Shown here one piece after another: positions 25,744 through 34,665 of a stretch of DNA of 64,000 nucleotides. Numbering within the stretch: position 1 is the stretch's first letter; every line of letters begins with the position of its first letter. Source of the stretch: Chiloscyllium plagiosum (lineage: Eukaryota). Both the position numbers and the translations under genes were made by a program. Below the pieces are notes generated by a model. The model saw only the letters and a list, made by a program, of their open reading frames with translations. It ran no database searches and was not told the DNA's origin. The stretch lies in the NCBI RefSeq assembly GCF_004010195.1, contig NC_057759.1, forward strand, positions 2,907,269 through 2,971,268, in the 5' to 3' direction.

Positions 25744-27239
25744 CTGAGGAACCAGATCTTTGCACATAATCGTTCGTTGTAAACAACCTCTGTTGGATTT
25801 CTCAACACCAGAGAACTCCGCCCTCAGTTTCCAATGTTACTTGAGATAAAATAAGCATTAGTAAGTCGAGCAAAACAACCTAACGGAGTTCCAATCACAG
25901 AATATTAACAGCAGTAGCCATTTAGAAAAGAGATTGGTTGAAGATAAAGGTTTACAGCACAGAAAAAAAGCCAGTGTGCGCCAGTCAAAAACAAGCACCT
26001 CACTACTTTCTGATCCCATCTCCCCTGCGCTTGACCTGTAGGTTTAGCATCGCAAGTGCACATTTAAATTCTTCTTCAATGAGGATTGCTGCCTCTCCCA
26101 CCCTTACAGGCTGTCGTTTTCAGACTTCCCACCACCCTCTGGTATTCCTCGCATTCCCTCTGAATCTCCTGCTCCTTACTTCAATCTATGGTGGCCAAGG
26201 TGATGTAGAAGGCATATGGCATGCGTGAATTCATCAGACAGGGCATGGAGTACAAGAGTTGGCAATTTATCTTGCAACTATATAAAATCCTTGTTAGGTC
26301 ACAATTGGAGCATTGTGTACTGCTTTGGTCGCCACACTACCAGAGGACATGGAAGCTTTAGAGAGAGTGCAGAGAAGGTTCATTAGGATGTTGTTAGCTC
26401 TCAAGGACATTGGCCAGGAGGAAAGGTTCAAACACTATGATTGTGTTCATTGGAAAGACGACAGCTGAGAGGAGACCTGATAGAGGTCTTCAAAATTATG
26501 AGAGGCACATAGGGTAGATTGTCAGAGGCTTTTTTCCCAGGGTTGATGTTTTAATTTACAAGGGGGCACAGATTCAAGGTGAGGGGGGAAATTTACGGGA
26601 GATGTGCGAGGGAAGCTTTTCATGCAGTGTGTAGTCGGAACCTGAAAAACATTGCCAGAAGTGATGGTGGAAGCAGGAAGAAGTGATGATCAGCACAGGC
26701 TTGGAGGGCCAAAGGGCCTGTTCCTTTCCTGTACTTTCCTTTCGTTCGTTTTTTTTCTTTTCATGGCCCCTATTGATCTTTCCACCGGGAAAGAAATGTT
26801 TCTTCCTGTTTACCTTTTCTAAGCACGTTATCATTTTGTACATCCCAAACAAGAAGCAGTTGGCAACTTTGGGGGTTAAAGGGATTGAAGGGTATGGCGG
26901 AGAAAGCAGGGAACCTGGGACTGAGTTGGATGTTCAGCCGTGATTCTATCAAACAGGCGGAGCAGGCTAGAAGAGCCAAGTGGTCTATTCCTAGTTTCTA
27001 TGGGAACCGGAGGTTGAGTTGAATGGTCAGCCATGATTATAGTGAATGGCGGGGCAGTCTAGAAGGGCTGAATGGCCTCCTCCTGTTCACTGCTTTCTGC
27101 ATTCCCCTTCAGCCACCGCAGATTCAAGGAAATCGGCCCCTCATTTGACGGCTCGGATGTTTATCCAGAATTTCTAAAAGGTTACAGTGCACTGTCACTG
27201 TGCGGGGCTCTTTACTCACACCGATACAATGACACTCAC

Positions 27240-27319
27240 CAGCATTGTGTACTGCTCCAACTACCGCATACTCCAGATTGCTGGCTGCTGCCCCTTCACC
27301 AGAAGGTTGGGATTTAGTT
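27240..27319 (-). CDS. Paralog B cytoplasmic exon ((I)TKSQPSGEGAAASNLEYAVVGAVHNA), acceptor apparently mutated
   Basis: Strong donor G|gtgagt. Long pyrimidine tract ends ctactGG instead of AG. Phase 2 to 1 fits. ITIM LEYAVV. Confidence 0.6.
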
Positions 27320-27865
27320 CCAGTAGAAAGGGGAACAAAAGGAAGTCATCATTTAGAACACAAAGCTTTCAAAACCATGTTCAACTTCAACAAAACGGCA
27401 AAGCTAGCAAACAAAATACAAAACCCAGCGAGATCTGGTATTCCCTGGTCCCATGTCTTTGGTTTCCATCCGAACATGAAGTTTTCTCACCCTCCAGGAG
27501 CTGCCCAGTTCTCCATCTTGTTGTCACTTATGGCCTTTGGGGGAAGGTAATCCGCCATCCTTACCTGGTCTGTGCCTACATGCGACTCCATACTCTGGTT
27601 AAATATTTCTGCCCTCTGGGGCATTTAGGGATGGACAACAAATGCAGTCCTAGCCAGTGACAGCATCATCCCCTTGAATAAGTAAAAAGCTGTATGGGAC
27701 TTTCCTGGAGTATGGTTTCCTGGTTTGTCGATAAGACGCATGTTAAAAGGATGCAGTTATATCCAAGTCATATCTATGACTTCTTCATTTCTGTTGTCTT
27801 TCCCTGATTGTGAGGAATCGGGATAAACAGTGACAAATATAAAAACTGTAGTTTCAATCACTTAC

Positions 27866-27893
27866 ATCCTGGGCTGTGGCACAATTGAATTGC
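27866..27893 (-). CDS. Paralog B juxtamembrane micro-exon ((G)NSIVPQPR)
   Basis: Acceptor ttctctctttccctgcag, donor gtaagt, 28 nt, phase 1 to 2. Confidence 0.7.
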
Positions 27894-28065
27894 CTGCAGG
27901 GAAAGAGAGAATATTCTCAGCATAATTTACAGTAGCTCTGCACTGTCACAGACAGGAGCTGCCAAAGCGTTATCTTAGTCATAAACAGGGAACATACATA
28001 TCAATAGGTGATAATTATCAAACCTGTCTTAATGCATCAAACAGCTTAATATTAAACAGCTGCAT

Positions 28066-28460
28066 TGGGTTAGTATAATGGGTAGGGCTAGGACTATGAT
28101 AAGATTAAGGCTAGTGTTAGGGTGTTTGGTTGAGGGCCACGGTTAGAATTATGTTAAGGGTTAGGTTTAAGGTTAGAGTTATAGTTCGGTTTATGGTTTG
28201 GATTAAGATTATGGTTAGAGACAGGGTTAGGTTTAAGGTTAGGGCTAGGGCTAGAGTTAGGGTTAGGATTAGCGTTAGCTGTTTCATTAGGGCCAAAGTT
28301 AGAGTTAGGGTTCAGTTGAGTTACGTTTAAGTTTAAGGTCAGAGTTTGCGTTAGAGATGGGTTTGAGTTTATGGTTAGGTTTAGGATAAGGATTAAGGTT
28401 GAGCTAGGTTTAAGTTTAGTGTTAAGCTTCGGACTAGGGTTCAATTTACAGGTAGGGTTA
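28066..28460 (+). repeat. Degenerate (TTAGGG)n-like interstitial tract
   Basis: 6-bp period with TTAGGG, TTAGGT, TTAGAG, CTAGGG and TTAAGG variants. Confidence 0.8.
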
Positions 28461-28750
28461 AATCAGCCTGCCCAGTGGACACTGAATAAATTTAATGAAG
28501 AGATAGACAATGTTTTAACGAGTCATAGTTTAAAGAGGGTGAGGCAGGAAAGTGAAGTTGATCCAGGTACATTGCATTAAATAATAGAGCAAGACCCTGA
28601 GGAGCTGAACGGGCTCTTCCTGTTCCCGACTGTCATGGTCTTACGTCTCTCCTCCTCCCTCGGGTGCTCTGCCACAGTGTGGTGGGTCACAGTTACCCCG
28701 ATCCAGCAGGCCAACATTTGTGAGTACTCTTCCTCCCGACTGTCAGGAAC

Positions 28751-28865
28751 GCTTTTGCCCGAAACGTCGATTTTGCTGCTCGTCGGATGCTGCCTGAATT
28801 GCTGTGCTCTTCCAGCACCACTGATCCAGAATCTCGTATCCAGCATCTGCAGTAATTGTTTTTAC
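28751..28865 (+). mobile_element. Penelope-tail mini-insertion
   Basis: Matches 51889-51965; 11-bp TSD CTGTCAGGAAC at 28740-28750 and 28866-28876. Confidence 0.9.
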
Positions 28866-29016
28866 CTGTCAGGAACACGGTCTACTTTAGTTCCCGACCC
28901 ACCACTTCCTTCCCCCGGCTCCCCCCATTCAGCTGTAAGGTTACATTGTGACGGAGATGGCAGTGTCATGGTGTGGGGACGTGGAACAAATCTCATTCTC
29001 ATGGAATGTTACAGAG

Positions 29017-29115
29017 CTGTGGCCCTCCGGTGGATGCAGCACCCTAACACAATCAGGCCAGCCAATAGCAGAACTGGGAAGAGCGACTCCACGATTTCCT
29101 TGGAACAAAACCGAG
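29017..29115 (-). CDS. Paralog B transmembrane exon ((A)RFCSKEIVESLFPVLLLAGLIVLGCCIHRRAT)
   Basis: Acceptor ttcttgttgggttccag, phase 1, in frame with the Ig exon. Hydrophobic run followed by CC and HRR. The expected donor reads CT rather than GT. Confidence 0.75.
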
Positions 29116-29946
29116 CTGGAACCCAACAAGAATATTCAGCTCACGTTAACAAATTCACCAGGAAATTTTATCACATCAGTCCTCCGTGAGGTACACAGTT
29201 AACACCAGACTGACCAACACTCACATATATATAACTCCCTGCCACCATGGAGGTTTTGCGAGTCTCACTGTGGAGGAGAATTCGGCCCATTGAGCTACCT
29301 AACCAATTCCACTTTCCCATCTACCACCACTTCCCCACCCCCCACCCCTCACAACAGCCTTCAATGTTTGACATTTCAAGTGCTGATCCAGGTAGTTTGT
29401 AAATGTTATCCTGTAAGGCATTATGTTACAACTCCCACCACCCTTTGGGTGAAACAATCCTCAAATCCCCCCTTTAAACCTCCCATCCTTCACTTTAAAG
29501 TGACGTCTCCACCCCAGCCCTTGTTACTGACCCTTTGACAATGGGGAACACCTGCTTCCTACTGCCCAGTCCCTTCCCCTCACAATCTTACACATCTCTA
29601 TTGGGTTCGCCTCTCAGCATTTACTCTAAATATCATAAGGTTATCCAGTCTCCCTCTCTTCCTCGCTAAACTCCCGGGAACATTCTGGTAAATCTCCTCT
29701 GCACACTGCCACCTCCATGGGGCGTGCAATTCCAGATTTTTATTGTATTCAAATTTCACCATCTGGTATAGGTGGGATCCCAGGAACACCATGCACCATC
29801 ACTTTGGATCAATAGACTATTATAATACCACGCAGCTATCACCTCCCCAATTGAGATGGTTAACAGTGTCTGATTGGCACAGACTGGATGTAACGAATGG
29901 CCTTTCTCTGTGGTCTGTCTATGTTCGATCCGAGTGTCACTGTTAC

Positions 29947-30249
29947 CTCGCAGCGTGAATTCGTTGTAGTCGCTGGTCACATTAAAAATGGTGTTGATGG
30001 CTCCTTTGTTGATTGCTGCACAGTGATACCTCCCGACATCGTCTCTCTGGAATGAATGAATAACCAGCTCACCACCATCGGCAGTCACATGGTAGCTTGC
30101 ACTGCCGTTTCTTAGCAGGACGTTGTCACGGTACCAAAGGAACTGGGGCTCTGTGCCTTCCCTCACCAGACACCGGAGAATAAGGTGGTCCGCTGATTGT
30201 ATCTCAGTCCCATTAATGAAGAAAATTAGCACAGCATCTGTGACAGGAA
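29947..30249 (-). CDS. Paralog B Ig-like (C2/I-type) domain exon; FCRL/PECAM-like appearance
   Basis: 303 nt, phase 1-1, ttttctcctcag|...|gtaaca. xPVTDAVL..LILRC..FLWY..LVI..DDVGRYHC (C-W-DxGxYxC pattern). N-glycosylation sequons NGT, NGS, NVT. Confidence 0.92.
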
Positions 30250-30557
30250 CTGAGGAGAAAACACACCGTGATCAAAAAGCATGGAGTTTACCCATTGATT
30301 CAGATCGTCAGTGGGAATCAATTTGACACAATGATTTCAAAACAGAGTTAGGTCAGAATATAGAGTGACAACTGCAAAAGGCCAGGAAGACACGTGACAA
30401 AGCACAACCCTGACAATATGGGACAAATAAGGAACTTCAACAACAATGAGGAGGTAACAAGTCAGTCTTCAAGATAACTTTTAAAAAGTGCTCTGTAGAC
30501 ATTGAATGTTGTAATTAAGCAAGTGTCTAGATGCTATAGTTGGTAGAATATGGTAAG

Positions 30558-30614
30558 AGCTGAAAATGTGTTGCTGGAAAAGCGCAGCAGGTCAGGCAGC
30601 ATCCAGGGAACAGG
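30558..30614 (-). mobile_element. Penelope-tail mini-insertion
   Basis: Reverse complement of the ~18390-18449 tail; 13-bp TSD AGAATATGGTAAG at 30545-30557 and 30615-30627. Confidence 0.85.
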
Positions 30615-30879
30615 AGAATATGGTAAGGTAAGACAAATGAAATAACCAAAACCATTAATTGTAATTGAATGTTGGTAACCTTAAAACAAGTGTATACTAT
30701 TGATTGGTACATGTAAGCTGTTCTTCAATTGACAACAGCATATAAAACGGATGTATTTTTTTATTTGGGGAGTTTGTTGCCACCTTGTGGAAATGGCTCT
30801 GCAAGCTTGGATGAAAGCAGTGTAAGAAGAACGTGTCCACGTGTCATCGGGTCAGTTACAGAGTCCAGGCAGTTCTCGA

Positions 30880-31160
30880 ATCCCTACAGCGTGCAAGCAG
30901 GCCATTCAGCCCGTCGAGTTGACACTGACTGACCGCCCCATCCCGCTATCCTATCCCTTTAACTCTACATTTTCGAAAGCCAATCCACACCAACCTACAC
31001 ATTATTTGGAATATGGGAGGCAGCCGAATATACTGAAACCCGCACAAACAAGGGGGAGCCGAATGCGGAAACACCACCCAGACAGTCGCCCGAGGCTGAA
31101 ATCAAACCGGAGTCCCTGATGCTGTGAGACAGCAGTGCTAACCACAGTGCAACCACCCCA
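30880..31160 (-). mobile_element. Old HE1-type SINE
   Basis: Head gtgagacagcagtgctaaccac on the reverse strand; decayed body. Confidence 0.7.
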
Positions 31161-31784
31161 TGCTGCTCGCTGGAGAAGTGAATTCCAAAGACTCGGGAAC
31201 CCCTGAGAGAAAAACAAAACTCTCCTACCTTAAATGAGAGGACACTTATTTCTTAACTGCGTCAACTCATGTTTAGTCCCTCGCACAAAGGGATTCATAC
31301 ATTCACATTGTTAAGTCCTTTCGGGATGTTGTATACCTCCATTAGATCATTTGATTATTCTAAGTTGTAACTGATGCAAGCCCGGCCCGACATTCCCTTG
31401 CCCCCAATTGTAAGTTGAGTAAGTCAGCTCTGAGCTGCTTTGAACCACTTTACAGATTCCTTAAGCCCTGTTTGTACTTAAGTTTTGGGCCATCACCAAA
31501 TTTAAAACCTTTGCATATGCTTCTTTCATTAAAGCTGTGAACAGATATTGGAAGAAAAAAACTGAAGCACTTGCATTGTATCCCATTCATCACCTCTTGA
31601 CAACCCTAAACGTTTTGACGACTTTCTTTCCTGTTCATTTAGTAATGCTGTTAATGTTATTCACCATTAACATTGTTAAATGACCTGAACATGATGACCT
31701 CTTCTTTGAAATGATGACTATCAATGTGGGACAATGCCGAAAGACTTCTGGAATAGAAGGGCATCCATGGGTTCCTCTACTCCA

Positions 31785-32610
31785 TAAGAACTAGGAGCAG
31801 GAGTGGGCGGTCTGGCCCTTCGAGCCAATTTTACCATTCAATATTGTTGTGGCTGATCCTTTCATGGCCTCAGCTCCACTTGCGCACCCTCTCGCCATAA
31901 CCCTTAATTCCATCATTGTTTTAAAACATATCTATCTTAGCTTTAAAAACATTTACTGAGGAAGCCACAAATACTTCACTGGGCAAGGAATTCCACAGAT
32001 TCACAACCCTCTGGGCAAAGAAGCTCTTTCTCATTTCTGTCATAAACCTGCTACCCCTAAATTTGAGGCTATGCCCTTTTTTCGCAGTTTCACCCACGAG
32101 TGGTAAAATCCTCTCTACGCCTGTCTTGTCTATTCCCTTCATAACTTTATATGTTTCTATAAGATCCTATCTCATTCTTCTAAATTTCAATGAATATAAT
32201 CACTGCCTACGCAGACTGTCTTCATAAGCCAACCACCTCAACCCTGGAATCAACTAGTGAACACTCTGCACACTCTCCAGTTTCAGTACATGCTTTCTTA
32301 AGCAAAGAAACTAAAACTGCATGCAGTACTCAGGGGTGGCCAGCATCCTATACAGCTGCAACATACCCTCCCTACTCCTAAATTTTATCCTGTTAGCAAT
32401 GAACAATAACATTCTATTTGCCTTCTTAATTACCTTTTGTAACTGCATACTAACCTTCTGTGATTCATGCACCCAGGTCCCTCTACTTACCAGCATGCTG
32501 CAACTTTTTGCCATTCAAGTAATAGTCCTTTTTACTCTTATTCCTACTTAAATGGATGACTTCACATTTATTAACATTGTACTCCAACTGTCAGATCTTC
32601 GATCACTCAC
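31785..32610 (-). mobile_element. CR1 LINE 3' fragment
   Basis: 'IKKANRMLLFI..MLQLYRML..EYCMQF', 'FFAQRVVNLWNSLP'. Confidence 0.85.
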
Positions 32611-32619
32611 TTATCCTAG

Positions 32620-32960
32620 CTCAGGAGGTTCAGCATATCTGTAAAGACTCTTACGAATTTAAAAGATGCACTGAAGAAAGAATTCTATCCAGATGCATCG
32701 TGGCTTAGTATGGCAACTACTGTGTCGAGGACCATAAGAAACTACAGATAGTTCCAAACACAGCCCAGTCCATCACAGAAGACAACCTGTCATCCATTGA
32801 CTCAACATGTACTTCCTGCTGCCTCAGGAAAGCAGCCAACATTATCAAAGACCCCTCCCACCCCAGGTATCATCTCTTCCAACGGGCAGAAGATGCAGAA
32901 GATTGTACAGATGGACCAATAGATTCAAGAACAGCTTTTTCCCTTCTGCTATTGGACTTC
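32620..32960 (+). mobile_element. Rex1/Babar-like LINE 3' part, split by the CR1 insertion (continues ~37594-37775)
   Basis: 'KAANIIKDPSHP', 'LPTGRR..TNRFKNSFFPSAIGL'; the continuation 'LNG' and 3' UTR resume after the CR1 tail. Confidence 0.75.
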
Positions 32961-34258
32961 GGAGCAGCAAGAGGCGGGAGCCGGGAGGAGGTGACGTTGG
33001 TGCGAGGTGATTGTCGGGAAGGCCGTAAGTATGTTTAAACCTCTTACCTTCAGGCCAGTGAGGGAGGAGCGAGCAAAGGACTTCTGGGAAGAGTAAGTAG
33101 AACAGTTTATATTTGCGTGATTATTGACAGGACTTACAGAGAGGTAGTCACTCTCCAGGTAAAAGAAAAAGATAGATGAGTGACAGGAGACAGAAATGGA
33201 ACTGGCAGGCAGTGCAGGGATCCCTGTGGCCATTTCCCTCAACAATAAGTATACCGTTTTGGATACTCTTGGGGGGATGACTTACCAGGGGAAAGCAGTG
33301 GGGCACCTGCTGCTCAGAAGAGAAGGGGGAAGAGGAGCAGAGCAGTAGCCATTGGGGACTCAATAGTTAGAAGGACAGAGAGGAGGTTCTGTGTGGATGA
33401 AAGAGACTCACAGTTGGTGTGTTGCCTCCCAGGTGACAGGGTCCGTGATATCTCTGATCGTGTTTTTGGGGTCCTTCGGGGGGAGGGAGAGCAGCCCCAA
33501 GTCGTGGTCCACATTGGCGCCAACGACATTGAAGAGAGATGGGATCTTGAGGCAGAAATTCAGGGAGCTAGGATGGAAGCTTAGAGCTAGGATAAACAGA
33601 GTTGTTTTCTCTGGTTTGCTGCCCGTAAAACGTGCTAGTGAGGTGAGGAATAGGGAGAGAAAGGAGTTGAACACATGGCTACAGGGATGTTGCAGTAGGG
33701 AGGGTTTCGGGTTTTTGGATAATTGAAATTACGATGCAATTAGGAAAGATTTAGGAAGCGTAGAATGGGGAAGGAAACTGCGGGGGATGAGCACATTAAA
33801 AATGTGGAGCTTATTCAAGGAAAATCTCCTGTGTGTCGCAGATAAGCATGTACCTGTCAGGCAGGGAGGAAGATATAGAATGAGTGAGCCGCGGTTTACT
33901 AAGGAAGTGGAATCCTTAGTCAAGAAGAGGAAGAAGGCTTATGTTAGGACAAAATGTGAAAACTCAAATAGGGCGCTTGAGGGTTACAAGGAAGTCAGGA
34001 AAGACCTAAAAAGAGAGCTCAGCAGAGTCAGCAGGAGACATGAGAAGTTGTTGGCAGATGGGATCAGAGTTAACCCTAAGGCTTTCCATAGGTATGTCAG
34101 GAATAAAAGATTGACGAGAGTTAAATTATGGCCAATCAAGGATAATAGTGGGAAGTTGTGTGTGGAGTCCGAGGAAATAGGGAAAGCACTAAATAAATAT
34201 TTTTCGACAGTGTTCACTATAGAAAATGAAAATGTTGGCAAGGAAGATACAGAGATAC

Positions 34259-34391
34259 AGAGATTTCCTGAAGAAGGGCTAATGCCCGAAACGTCGATTC
34301 TCCTGTTCCCTAGATGCTGCCTGACCTGCTGCGCTTCTCCAGCAACACATTTCCATCTCTGATCTCCAGCATCTGCAGACCTCATTTTCTC
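34259..34391 (+). mobile_element. Penelope-tail mini-insertion in CR1
   Basis: 11-bp TSD TACAGAGATAC at 34248-34258 and 34392-34402. Confidence 0.9.
34264..34299 (+). ncRNA. Minimal hammerhead ribozyme motif with intact core
   Basis: CTGAAGA-A-GGGC(TAAT)GCCC-GAAA-CG-TC, with a GUC triplet. Confidence 0.72.
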
Positions 34392-34459
34392 TACAGAGAT
34401 ACTTGCATCTAGACTAGATCAGATTGAGGTTCACAAGGAAGAGGTATTAGAAATACTGC

Positions 34460-34665
34460 TGAAAATGTGTTGCTGGAAAAGTGCAGCAGGTCAGGCAGCA
34501 TCCAAGGAGCAGGAGAATCGACGTTTTGGGCTTCGTCAGGCTGAAGAAGCGCTCATGCCCGAAATGTCGATTCTCCTGCTCCTTGGATGCTGCCTGACCT
34601 GCTGCACTTTTCCAGCAACACATTTTCAGCTCTGATCTCCAGCATTTGCAGTCCTCACTTTCTCC
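34460..34665. mobile_element. Palindromic Penelope-tail mini-insertion in CR1
   Basis: ~73-bp near-perfect inverted arms (34458-34531 vs 34557-34630); 15-bp TSD TATTAGAAATACTGC at 34445-34459 and 34666-34680. Confidence 0.92.

Noticed and set aside
28130..28444. Arg/Val-rich and Asn/Pro-rich ORFs
   Set aside because: Translations of the hexamer repeat.
30784..30847. Candidate signal-peptide exon for paralog B (MTRGHVLLTLLSSKLAEPFPQ, phase-1 donor gtggca)
   Set aside because: Short hydrophobic core and weak donor; could easily be chance.
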